The notes under the pieces: model-generated
What the model was told of the DNA's origin: nothing
What the model saw: only the letters and a program-made list of their open reading frames with translations
Database searches by the model: none
Shown here: positions 27,231 to 34,945 of the stretch, piece by piece
Layout: each line of letters begins with the position of its first letter
Position numbering within the stretch: position 1 is the first letter of the stretch
Assembly: GCA_902782645.1 (NCBI GenBank)
Contig: CACZNV010000157.1
Coordinates: 1-48,003 of the forward strand
DNA length: 48,003 bases
Reading direction: 5' to 3'
Source of the DNA: an uncultured Ruminococcus sp.
Lineage (GTDB): Bacteria; Bacillota; Clostridia; UBA1212
Position numbers and translations under genes: made by a program

Positions 27231-27310
27231 TACGACAAGTTTCGACGGTTTTCGACAAGTTTCGACGGTTTTCGACAAGTTTCGACGGCTTTCGACAGGT
27301 TTCGACAAAG
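27231..27310. repeat. Array of eight 10-bp units with a TTCGAC core (7 perfect copies plus 1 TACGAC), equal to 3.5 copies of the 20-bp unit TTCGACGGTTTTCGACAAGT
   Basis: The units are tacgacaagt, ttcgacggtt, ttcgacaagt, ttcgacggtt, ttcgacaagt, ttcgacggct, ttcgacaggt and ttcgacaaag. Cores start at 27231, 27241, ... 27301, an exact 10-bp register. Confidence 0.95.
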
Positions 27311-27321
27311 GCCGGCGGCAC

Positions 27322-27350
27322 TTGAAAAAACGGAGGGGTGAGAATATAAT
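27322..27350 (+). promoter_or_regulatory. Near-consensus promoter, TTGAAA-17-TATAAT
   Basis: TTGAAA at 27322..27327, a 17-nt spacer, then TATAAT at 27345..27350. It lies about 50 nt upstream of the GH78-like ATG and 16 bp downstream of the last TTCGAC unit. Confidence 0.75.
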
Positions 27351-27401
27351 TGCGGGGCGGATGAGGCCGCAGCGAGAATTGGCGATAAGGAGTCTTTCAG
27401 G

Positions 27402-29588
27402 ATGACACAGAAGGAAATGTTCGGTAAAGCGATTTGGGTTGAGCCCGCGGAGAAGACAGGTTTCCCTATTTTGAGGCGCGTTTTCAGAATTGGCGGCTTT
27501 GACAGGGTGACGCTGAGGGTCGCGGGGCTTGGCTTTTTCCACGCCTACATTAACGGGCGGGAGGTCAACGACAGCGCATTTTTGCCCCTTAACAGTGATT
27601 TTGAGGAGAGGAAGGACTATCCCGTTGGCGAGAAGCTTTTCGGACACAGGCTTATCGTGCCGGAGTTTGACATTACGGAAGCCGTCAGAGAGGGGGAAAA
27701 CCTGCTGGCGGTTCATTTTGGCGGCGGCTGGTACACTTTTCAGGCGGGGCCCTTCGGCGACGCCAAGGCAATCTACCTGATCACCGTCGAAAAAGGCGGC
27801 AGGACGGAGACGTTCTGTTCGGGGCCGGAGGACAGGTTTGCGGAGAGCTATGTTGGCGAGTACTGCTTTACCTTCCTGGAGAGCCACGACTACACGGATT
27901 TTGACGACAGAGTTCTTTCGGACCCTGCATGGGATAAAAAGACCGTTGAGGCAAAAGCCGCAAAGCCCCTTGAGACCGAGTACGTTTTTTCGGACTGCCC
28001 CGGGGACAAAGTGACCGAGGTGATAACGCCAAAGGTTATAAACGTGTGCGAAAAGGACGGCGCGAAGTGCACGGTGTACGATGCGGAGAAGAATATCTCG
28101 GCGATACCGGTTGTGAAAATTCTCGCAAAAAAAGGAGAAAAAGTTACCTTGGCGTTTTCGGAGGAGAAGACTCCGGACAATATGATCGACCCAAGGTTTA
28201 TGCACAGGCAGACCTTCACCGCGGTATCTGACGGAAAGGCCCGGACAATATCGCCAAGGTTCACATGGTTTGCCTTCAGGTTCATCGAGGTGTGCGGCGA
28301 CGCGGAAGTTGAAAGCGTGGGATTTGTGCATGCGGACATTGGCGTGTCATCCACTTTTGACTCGGACTGCGAGGCCCTCAACTGGCTCTACAAGGCGTAC
28401 ATCAACACCCAGCTCAGCAATATGCATGCAGGCATTCCTTCCGACTGTCCCCACATTGAACGAAGGGGCTATACGGGCGACGGCCAGCTCACCTGCAAGG
28501 CTGCTATGACCGTGCTTGACGCGAAAAAGTTTTACAGGAAGTGGATTGACGACATTTCGGACTGCCAGGACGTGTTGACGGGTCACATTCAGTACACTGC
28601 GCCTTATATAAGGAGCGGCGGCGGGCCCGGTGCCTGGGGCTGCGCAATCGTCGAGGTGCCTTACATTTTCTACAAAGAGTACGGCGACATCGAACCCGCC
28701 AAGAAGCTCTACCCCCAGATGCTCAGGTATTTCGACTACCTCGAGGAGCACTCGCTGAACGACATTGTGGTCAGCGACAAGGAAGGCGAGTGGTGCCTTG
28801 GCGACTGGTGCACTCTCACCCCCACAGCCCTTCCGGCAGGATTTGTGAACAACTACTATTACATAAAGTCAATGAGGCGGGCCATCGAAACCGCCAAGCT
28901 CATCGGCAGGGAGAGCGACATTCCGGCTCTTTCGGAGAAGATTGACGCAAGGCTTAAAGCCACCAAGGCGGCCTACTACAACACCTGGGACCACAATTTT
29001 CTCGCCAACATTCAAGGCGCCAATGCATTTGCCCTCGACATGGGGCTTGGCGATGACGCCACGAAACAGTTCCTCGTTAGCTACTACACTAAACTCAGGC
29101 AGTTTGACACGGGTATCTGCGGCACGGACGTGGTCACAAAGGTGCTTTTTGACATCGGTCAGGGTGATGTTGCCGTGGATTTGCTGCTTGGCGACAGGAC
29201 TTTCGCAGGCTGGATGAAAGCAGGCTTCACAACCCTCAGTGAGTACTGGCTGAACTCCACAAGGGACCGCTCCCACAGCCACCCGATGTTCGGCTCCCCC
29301 GTCACATATTTCTTTGAGAGACTCCTCGGCATCACCCAGGAAAAGGATTCTGCGGGCTACGAAAAGCTCGTGATTGCGCCATTCATTCCTTCCCAATCAA
29401 ACCGCCTCTCCGGTTCCAGGGAGCTTCCCTGCGGCAAGGTTTCCGCAAGCTACGAAAGAGACGCCAAGGTCACGAGCCTCATTCACGCCAAGGTCACCCT
29501 CCCTGCCGGCAAAACCGCAAGGTTCCTGCATAACGGAGTTGAAAAGACTCTGACGGAAGGCAAAAACGAGTTTGACTTTAATGTCTGA
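27402..29588 (+). CDS. GH78-like alpha-L-rhamnosidase family protein (second, divergent paralogue), no signal peptide
   Basis: 728-aa ORF. The motif IPSDCPHIERRGYTGDGQL resembles the DCPQRDERLGWTGD signature. AAGGAG RBS. Confidence 0.75.
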   Translation: MTQKEMFGKAIWVEPAEKTGFPILRRVFRIGGFDRVTLRVAGLGFFHAYINGREVNDSAFLPLNSDFEERKDYPVGEKLFGHRLIVPEFDITEAVREGENLLAVHFGGGWYTFQAGPFGDAKAIYLITVEKGGRTETFCSGPEDRFAESYVGEYCFTFLESHDYTDFDDRVLSDPAWDKKTVEAKAAKPLETEYVFSDCPGDKVTEVITPKVINVCEKDGAKCTVYDAEKNISAIPVVKILAKKGEKVTLAFSEEKTPDNMIDPRFMHRQTFTAVSDGKARTISPRFTWFAFRFIEVCGDAEVESVGFVHADIGVSSTFDSDCEALNWLYKAYINTQLSNMHAGIPSDCPHIERRGYTGDGQLTCKAAMTVLDAKKFYRKWIDDISDCQDVLTGHIQYTAPYIRSGGGPGAWGCAIVEVPYIFYKEYGDIEPAKKLYPQMLRYFDYLEEHSLNDIVVSDKEGEWCLGDWCTLTPTALPAGFVNNYYYIKSMRRAIETAKLIGRESDIPALSEKIDARLKATKAAYYNTWDHNFLANIQGANAFALDMGLGDDATKQFLVSYYTKLRQFDTGICGTDVVTKVLFDIGQGDVAVDLLLGDRTFAGWMKAGFTTLSEYWLNSTRDRSHSHPMFGSPVTYFFERLLGITQEKDSAGYEKLVIAPFIPSQSNRLSGSRELPCGKVSASYERDAKVTSLIHAKVTLPAGKTARFLHNGVEKTLTEGKNEFDFNV

Positions 29589-29605
29589 AAGTGTCTAAAT
29601 GTGAT

Positions 29606-29654
29606 AAACGGTTCTTGGAACAGCTTAATTCGTTAATCTGTCCAGGAACCGTTT
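29606..29654. terminator. Long imperfect hairpin between convergent genes (candidate bidirectional terminator)
   Basis: Roughly 17-bp stem AAACGGTTCTTGGAACAG / CTGTCCAGGAACCGTTT (one bulge, one G-U) with a 14-nt loop. Only a weak T tract follows it. Confidence 0.55.
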
Positions 29655-29677
29655 ATTTCACTTCATTCCGGTAGAGG

Positions 29678-30253
29678 TCACACGTCAAAGAATATTTTAT
29701 CCACTATTTCGGAGTTGATTTTTAAGAGAAGTGGTGTGCAATCCTCGAATTCTATCTTTGAATCATTCTCTGGGGCTATAAACTCGCTTATAACTTCAAA
29801 ACCGTTATCTTTATACAGCTGATAACCCTCACGATTTGCATTTAGAAAAATAGCTTTAAACCCGATTGTTCTTGTTGACATGGAATACAGCTCCTGCAAA
29901 AGTGTTTTGAATAGTATGTTGCTCCACTCAATAGTATGATCATGGTTTTTTCTTAACTGCCGTGCAATAGCAAAGAGTCTTATTTCTGCACACGATAAAT
30001 ACTCATTACGACCACCATTATCAAACAATAGCCCTAAAGCATTTATTGATGCAAATCCATATATTCGACTTATAGCATTATTCTTTGCTTCGTCAGCATC
30101 AACAAAAACATAGGTTACGCTTTCGCCTGAAGCATTCCAATCTTTTGCTTTTTCCGACAAAAAAACATTGAAAGCGGGATTTCCACAATCAAACTCTTTT
30201 ATGACTGCATCGTCCACGCTTTCAATGTTTCTTAATTCAAAGGATGTCTTCAT
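29678..30253 (-). CDS. GNAT-fold acetyltransferase of the AtaT/TacT/KacT toxin type (candidate toxin)
   Basis: 191-aa ORF in an AT-rich islet. Its N-terminal motif KEFDCGNPAFNVFL parallels RFDCGEEALNLFL of E. coli AtaT as I recall it. It has a C-terminal YQLYKDNGFE GNAT motif. The canonical Q/RxxGxG loop is not evident. Confidence 0.55.
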   Translation of the reverse strand: MKTSFELRNIESVDDAVIKEFDCGNPAFNVFLSEKAKDWNASGESVTYVFVDADEAKNNAISRIYGFASINALGLLFDNGGRNEYLSCAEIRLFAIARQLRKNHDHTIEWSNILFKTLLQELYSMSTRTIGFKAIFLNANREGYQLYKDNGFEVISEFIAPENDSKIEFEDCTPLLLKINSEIVDKIFFDV

Positions 30254-30411
30254 TTTTCAAAAAGCTTATCCAATTCCTTCTTATCCACCTTTGCAGAGGC
30301 ACCTTTTTTTACATCTTCCCAAAACTCTTTGTTCTTGCCCGATGAATTCAGGAACTGAACAAATCTCTTGCTCTTTTTCGGATCTATAATTACCGAACTT
30401 CTTTGAATCAT
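30250..30411 (-). CDS. 53-aa basic protein, candidate cognate antitoxin/partner (no recognisable family)
   Basis: ATG at 30411 with GGAGG 7 nt upstream. There is a 4-bp ATGA overlap with the GNAT start. The longer 85-aa ORF would begin inside the -35 box. Confidence 0.45.
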   Translation of the reverse strand: MIQRSSVIIDPKKSKRFVQFLNSSGKNKEFWEDVKKGASAKVDKKELDKLFEK

Positions 30412-30478
30412 ATTGGAACCTCCTTTCAAAGTATTTTGTCGGTTGTTTTTCTCTGTCGGCGAGAACACACCATGATTC

Positions 30479-30507
30479 TTTATATCGGAAATGTTCGCAG
30501 TTGTCAA
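30479..30507 (-). promoter_or_regulatory. Promoter of the two-gene GNAT cassette, TTGACA-17-TATAAA
   Basis: The minus strand reads TTGACAactgcgaacatttccgaTATAAA. The -35 is at 30502..30507 and the -10 at 30479..30484. Confidence 0.7.
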
Positions 30508-30592
30508 GATTCTTTTGGAACTTTTTCCCCTTCAATAGACAAATTGCGTTGTATCAATACGGCTGCAGCAGATTTCTCGATTTTTGGACTAT

Positions 30593-30612
30593 TCACCAAC
30601 TGACGCTCCAGC
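30593..30612. repeat. 20-bp direct repeat, copy A (TCACCAACTGACGCTCCAGC)
   Basis: Identical to 30772..30791, which is the stop codon plus the last six codons (RWSVSW*) of the downstream oxidoreductase gene. Confidence 0.9.
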
Positions 30613-30771
30613 AATCATGATTTTTGAGCTATTTTTGCGTGCGCGACCCCGAAGATGTATGTATATACTTCGAGAGGGGAGCTCGCGCAAAGCAAGTCGC
30701 GAGCAATCGTCGCAAGACTCCTTGTTCTGTTTAATTTTCTCTCCGCGACTTGCGTAAAGAGCCAAAAATCA
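30613..30771. mobile_element. 159-bp non-coding MITE-like insertion with imperfect terminal inverted repeats and internal hairpins
   Basis: The left end is ATGATTTTTGAGCTATTTTTGCG.... The reverse complement of the right end is TGATTTTTGGCTCTTTACGCAAGTCGCG.... Internal stems are GCTCGCG/CGCGAGC and CCCCGAAG...CTTCG.GGGG. It is flanked by the 20-bp direct repeat. The right end recurs at 41..74. Confidence 0.45.
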
Positions 30772-30791
30772 TCACCAACTGACGCTCCAGC
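30772..30791. repeat. 20-bp direct repeat, copy B (overlaps the 3' end of the oxidoreductase CDS)
   Basis: Identical to 30593..30612. Confidence 0.9.
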
Positions 30792-31956
30792 GTTTGATGT
30801 AGGTGTATTTTTCGGTTTCGGAGGCGGGCGCGTTTTTGCGCTCCGTCTCAGCCGCTTTCTTTTCGTTAAGAAGCCTGTCAAACTCAGCCATATTCTCCTC
30901 CGAAAGCGGGAGGGCAATCTGCTTTCCGGTCCAGGATGAGAGGAAGGCGGCGTTGGTGATTGAGAGTTCTTTTATGCCTTCAACGCCGGGGGCGATGAGA
31001 GGTGTGCCGCTGAGAACAGCTGATGCGAAATCTTCGAGTATAAGCTCGTGGCCATCCCGCGGATTGTCGGATTTATAGACAAATTCATTGGCGGCCGGAG
31101 TGCTTGCGGCACCCTTTTCGGTGAAGCAGAACTCCCGCTCGGGGACCTGCAGCTTTGTGTAGCGGAGCTCGTTTTTCTCAAGAATCAGTCTGCCCCTGTC
31201 GCCTGAGATTTCAAGGCGGTTTGTGCCGGGAGCCTCGCCTGTGGTGGTTATGAACACCGCAGATGCGCCGTTATCGTACTCCGCGTATATTGTGGCGTCG
31301 TCCTCAACGCCAATGTTGTGGTAGAGTCCCTCGCGGCAGAAAGCAGTGACCTTTGAGGGCATGCCGAAGAGCCATTGCCAGATGTCTATGTTGTGCGGAG
31401 CCTGGTTTATGAGGACGCCGCCGCCCTCGCCGTTCCAGGTGGCCCGCCAGCTGCCCGAGTCGTAGTAGCTTTGGGTTCGGTACCAGTTGGTGACTATCCA
31501 GACAAGCCTCTTGGGGATGCCTATGCCGCCCTCTGAAATGATTTCCTTGGCTTTTTGGAACAGAGGGTCTGTGCGCTGGTTGAACATGATTCCGAAAACA
31601 CAGCCGCTTTTTGACGCTGCGCCGTTCATCTTTACAACCTCGGAGACATTTACCCCCGCAGGCTTTTCCGTGAGCACGTGAACGCCGTTTTCAAGGGCCG
31701 AAATCACGTAATGAGGGTGGAAATAGTGGGGAGTTGCCACAATCACGGCATCCGCAAGGCCGCTCCTTATGAGCTCGTCGCCGTCTTCGAATATTTTGAT
31801 TTCCGGGAAATCATTGGCGAGTTTGCGCCTCTTCTCACCGTCAATGTCGCACAGAGCTGCAAGGGTCATGCCCTTGATCCTGCCGTTTTTGATGCATGAG
31901 CAGTGGGCAAAACCTATATTTCCTACGCCGATAATTCCAACCCGAATGCTTTTCAT
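30772..31956 (-). CDS. Gfo/Idh/MocA-family NAD(P)-dependent oxidoreductase
   Basis: 394-aa ORF with the N-terminal IRVGIIGVGNIG Rossmann motif and a family-typical EKP motif (LTEKPAG). Confidence 0.9.
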   Translation of the reverse strand: MKSIRVGIIGVGNIGFAHCSCIKNGRIKGMTLAALCDIDGEKRRKLANDFPEIKIFEDGDELIRSGLADAVIVATPHYFHPHYVISALENGVHVLTEKPAGVNVSEVVKMNGAASKSGCVFGIMFNQRTDPLFQKAKEIISEGGIGIPKRLVWIVTNWYRTQSYYDSGSWRATWNGEGGGVLINQAPHNIDIWQWLFGMPSKVTAFCREGLYHNIGVEDDATIYAEYDNGASAVFITTTGEAPGTNRLEISGDRGRLILEKNELRYTKLQVPEREFCFTEKGAASTPAANEFVYKSDNPRDGHELILEDFASAVLSGTPLIAPGVEGIKELSITNAAFLSSWTGKQIALPLSEENMAEFDRLLNEKKAAETERKNAPASETEKYTYIKRWSVSW

Positions 31957-31968
31957 GTCAAATCCCGA

Positions 31969-33138
31969 TTATTTTCCTGTGTTGTAAGTGCCTGAGAGAT
32001 CCGCAACGGCACCGCCAATGTCTTCCTTGCGCCTTGATGTGGCAACCCTCTTCATAAGCTCGTTGTAGTAAAGGTCAGCGTCGAAAGGAATCTCCACGGT
32101 CTTGCCAAGCCATGCGGAAAGGTGCATTGCGTTGGAGATGGTCAGTCCGTTGATGCCCTCTTCGCCGCCTGCGATGAGCGGTTCGTCCCTGAGAATCGCC
32201 GCCGCAAAAGCGTTGAGAACGCCGGAGTGCTGGGGCGAAAGGCCGTCCGTTTCAACCTCTATAGTTGTGCTCTTGGGCTGGGCGAAGGATACCTTGTTGG
32301 TTCTGCTGAATTCGGGTTCAAACATTTCAAGCTCCGTCATGTAGAGTTTGCCGTTTTCCGCAAGGAGCTTGCCTCCCTCGAGAGTAATCTCAAAGCGGTT
32401 CGTGCCGGGGGCATCGCCCGTTGTGGTTATGAAGCAGCCCGTGGCGCCGTTCTCGTACTCCACAAAAGCGGTGACATCATCTTCAACTTCGATGTCGTGC
32501 CACTTGCCGAAGTACATGTGTGCAGTGACCGTTTTGGGCATGCCGCAGATCCACTGCCAGAGGTCAAGGTTGTGAGGGCACTGGTTGAGCAAAACTCCGC
32601 CGCCCTCGCCGCTCCATGTGGCTCTCCATGCGCCCGAATCGTAATATGCCTGGGGCCTGTACCAGTTGGTGATGATCCAGTTGGTCCTTTTGATCTGACC
32701 GAGTTTGCCGCTCTTTACGATTTCCCGCATTTTACGGTAAACACAGTCGGTTCTCTGGTTGAACATCATGCCGAATTTTGCCTTGCTGGTCTTGGCGAAT
32801 TCGTTCATCTCGGCAACAGCCTTGGTGTAGACGCCGGCAGGTTTTTCACACATGACGTGGATATTTCTCTTGAGGCACTCGATGACATATTTGGGGTGCG
32901 AATAGTGGGGCACGGCAATGATGCAGGCGTCAATCAGCCCGGAGTCAAACATCTCCTCGGCGTTCGTGAAGCAGGCCGGCGCTTCTTTCATGAAGCCCTT
33001 AGCCCAGTCCAGCCTGTCCTGTTTGAGGTCGCAGACCGCCGTCACCCGAATTTCGGGGCAGCGTCCGCCCTCGATATTGGCAATGTGTCCGCTTCCCATG
33101 TTGCCGACACCGAGTATACCCATTCTTACATAATCCAT
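31969..33138 (-). CDS. Gfo/Idh/MocA-family NAD(P)-dependent oxidoreductase (paralogue)
   Basis: I set the start at the ATG at 33138 (MDYVRMGILGVGNMG), preceded by GGAGGAG. It has a CEKPAG motif. The 13-codon upstream extension is made of the repeated leader motif. Confidence 0.9.
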   Translation of the reverse strand: MDYVRMGILGVGNMGSGHIANIEGGRCPEIRVTAVCDLKQDRLDWAKGFMKEAPACFTNAEEMFDSGLIDACIIAVPHYSHPKYVIECLKRNIHVMCEKPAGVYTKAVAEMNEFAKTSKAKFGMMFNQRTDCVYRKMREIVKSGKLGQIKRTNWIITNWYRPQAYYDSGAWRATWSGEGGGVLLNQCPHNLDLWQWICGMPKTVTAHMYFGKWHDIEVEDDVTAFVEYENGATGCFITTTGDAPGTNRFEITLEGGKLLAENGKLYMTELEMFEPEFSRTNKVSFAQPKSTTIEVETDGLSPQHSGVLNAFAAAILRDEPLIAGGEEGINGLTISNAMHLSAWLGKTVEIPFDADLYYNELMKRVATSRRKEDIGGAVADLSGTYNTGK

Positions 33139-33152
33139 ATTCTCCTCCAAAA

Positions 33153-33188
33153 CCGTGATTTTTGACTCTTTACGCATTTTGCCGATAG
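33153..33188. repeat. 36-nt direct repeat, copy 1 (CCGTGATTTTTGACTCTTTACGCATTTTGCCGATAG)
   Basis: Perfectly identical to 33215..33250. It contains the reverse complement of the GCGTAAAGAGTCAAAAATCA leader motif. Confidence 0.95.
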
Positions 33189-33214
33189 TTCAAAAATCAA
33201 GGTTTTGGCTTTCC

Positions 33215-33250
33215 CCGTGATTTTTGACTCTTTACGCATTTTGCCGATAG
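33215..33250. repeat. 36-nt direct repeat, copy 2
   Basis: Perfectly identical to 33153..33188, offset by 62 bp. Confidence 0.95.
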
Positions 33251-33307
33251 AAATCTAAGAGTCTTCGTATTTCAAATGCTTCCGGTATTCCAAGTTCCCT
33301 CAAGTTG

Positions 33308-34066
33308 TCACCTGAGACCCCAGGAACCGAGCCTCTTGAAGCTTCTCTTCAGGCAGTCAAACGGGTTCTCTCCGTAGCAGTCGTCCTGCTCCACAAGAAG
33401 GTACTCCGTGCCCGCATTTTCCGCCTCGTACAGAATCTTTGAAAAATTGATGTTTCCCTCGCCGACAACAGCCATGCGCTGCTGATTATTGACGATAATC
33501 ATGTCCTTGAGGTGGATTGCCGGCACCCTGCCCTTGAGGTTTTTAATCCACTGTGCGGGGTCGCCGCCGCCGAACTGGACCCAGTAAGTGTCGACTGTAA
33601 ATCCCATCTCGTCGGGGGTAAAGATCGCCGCCAGCTTTTCCATGCCCGTGACGCCCTTTTCGTCCTTGGCGAATTCAAACTGGTGGTTGTGGTACATGAA
33701 GTAGAGGCCGCTCTCCGCAATCATTTTTGCTGCGGGCTTGAAGTTTTTCTCAAAAGCATCGTAGTCCGGGCACTGGTGGCCGTTGGGCATTGCGCCGATG
33801 CCCACAAACTTTGAGCCGAATATCTTGTGGTTTTCAATCACCTTGGCGGTGTCGTTTTTGATGGCATCCGGATTTGTGTGGGTGAGAACGCATGTGAGAC
33901 CGTTCTTTTGAAGCTCGTTTTTGAGCCACTCCGCCTCGAAGGGACATGTTCCGCTCACCTGGACGAACTCGTAGCCGATATCCGCCACCTTTTTGAGCGA
34001 CTCCGAAAAGCTGTCCAAATCCCTGCAATACTCTCTCAATGTGTAAAGCTGTGCGCCTACTCTCAT
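33308..34066 (-). CDS. Sugar phosphate isomerase/epimerase (xylose isomerase-like TIM barrel)
   Basis: 252-aa ORF with the family-typical N-terminus VGAQLYTLRE and an internal HLKD motif. Confidence 0.82.
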   Translation of the reverse strand: MRVGAQLYTLREYCRDLDSFSESLKKVADIGYEFVQVSGTCPFEAEWLKNELQKNGLTCVLTHTNPDAIKNDTAKVIENHKIFGSKFVGIGAMPNGHQCPDYDAFEKNFKPAAKMIAESGLYFMYHNHQFEFAKDEKGVTGMEKLAAIFTPDEMGFTVDTYWVQFGGGDPAQWIKNLKGRVPAIHLKDMIIVNNQQRMAVVGEGNINFSKILYEAENAGTEYLLVEQDDCYGENPFDCLKRSFKRLGSWGLR

Positions 34067-34090
34067 ATTTCTCTAAAAACCTTCCTTTGT

Positions 34091-34924
34091 TTACTGATTT
34101 ATAATCCGCTTAATCGCGGAAACCGCCGCATCAAACGCCTCGTCCGACGTCCTGTATGCGTTTCCTATGCTGCTCTTTTCGCCCGACTGTTCAAGATTCT
34201 CCAGCCCTGCGAAAACCCTCAGATGGGGCTCGACGGTGAGCACGCCCTTTTTGAACACGCCAAGGAGCCTCTCCACGCTGCCGTCGCCGCACCCGGCGGG
34301 TACAATCTCGCCGCTTCCCCGCAAAGCGTCCTTAATGTGCATGTAATCCAAATAAGGCGAAAGCAGGTCCATAGCTTTAACCGTGTCCTCGCCTGCCTGG
34401 ACGAAATTGGCGGGGTCGAAAACCGCCTTGATCTCAGGGAGCGCCTTATGAATTCTCAGACAGTCGGCTGCTTTTTCGCCGAAAATACCCTTCTCGTTTT
34501 CATGGCACAAAACAATACGGGCCGATTTTGCCTCCTCTGAGAATCTTGCGAGCCTGTCGCAGACCTCATCGAATACAGTATCACCCGTGTTGCCGTCAAC
34601 GTAAAAACTGAAAAGCCTTATTCTGCCGCACCCGAGTACGGAACAGAGCTCAAGGCCGTGTCTGAACCTGTCAAGATGGGCCTTGAAATCGTCTTTGATA
34701 TTAATTTTTCCGTAGGGAGAACCCAGCGACCACACGCCAATGCCCTCGCCGTCAAGCTTTTTCCGAACGCTTTTTGCCTTTTCGACGGTGATATCGGCAA
34801 TGTTTACGCCGTCGACGCCTCTTATCTCAAGAAGCCCGACACCGTTTCTCTTCATCGCCTCAATCTGGCCGTCGATCATTGGCGACGCCTCGTCGGCAAA
34901 TGCGCAAAGTCTGTAGTCAGCCAT
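34091..34924 (-). CDS. Sugar phosphate isomerase/epimerase (xylose isomerase-like TIM barrel)
   Basis: About 277 aa from the ATG at 34924 (GGGAG 8 nt upstream). It contains CHENE and HIKD metal-ligand-type motifs. Confidence 0.82.
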   Translation of the reverse strand: MADYRLCAFADEASPMIDGQIEAMKRNGVGLLEIRGVDGVNIADITVEKAKSVRKKLDGEGIGVWSLGSPYGKINIKDDFKAHLDRFRHGLELCSVLGCGRIRLFSFYVDGNTGDTVFDEVCDRLARFSEEAKSARIVLCHENEKGIFGEKAADCLRIHKALPEIKAVFDPANFVQAGEDTVKAMDLLSPYLDYMHIKDALRGSGEIVPAGCGDGSVERLLGVFKKGVLTVEPHLRVFAGLENLEQSGEKSSIGNAYRTSDEAFDAAVSAIKRIINQ

Positions 34925-34945
34925 TTTCAAATCTCCCTGGGGCCG

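Noticed and set aside
27231-27310. The possibility that the TTCGAC array is a CRISPR array or a coding repeat.
   Set aside because: The unit is only 10/20 bp with no unique spacers. No cas genes are present. No sensible ORF crosses it.
27108-28331. Long antisense ORFs: 407 aa here, and also 15517..16611 (+), 8877..9881 (-), 35210..36430 (+), 32122..33165 (+) and 12754..13359 (+).
   Set aside because: Each lies entirely opposite a gene with strong family motifs (GH78, RimO, S41 peptidase, UxuA/SDR, Gfo/Idh/MocA, RNase III). Their translations are Arg/Pro/Gly-rich low-information sequences without RBS support. They are shadow ORFs typical of GC3-rich coding DNA.
29590-30791. The 20-bp direct repeats as attL/attR of the AT-rich GNAT islet.
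   Set aside because: Both copies lie on the same side of the islet and flank only the 159-bp element. No matching copy was seen near 29590.
33139-33177. The ORF-track start MRKESKITVLEEN for the second Gfo/Idh/MocA gene.
   Set aside because: These codons are the repeated leader motif and contain the GGAGGAG Shine-Dalgarno for the ATG at 33138. The MDYVRMGILGVG start fits the family N-terminus.
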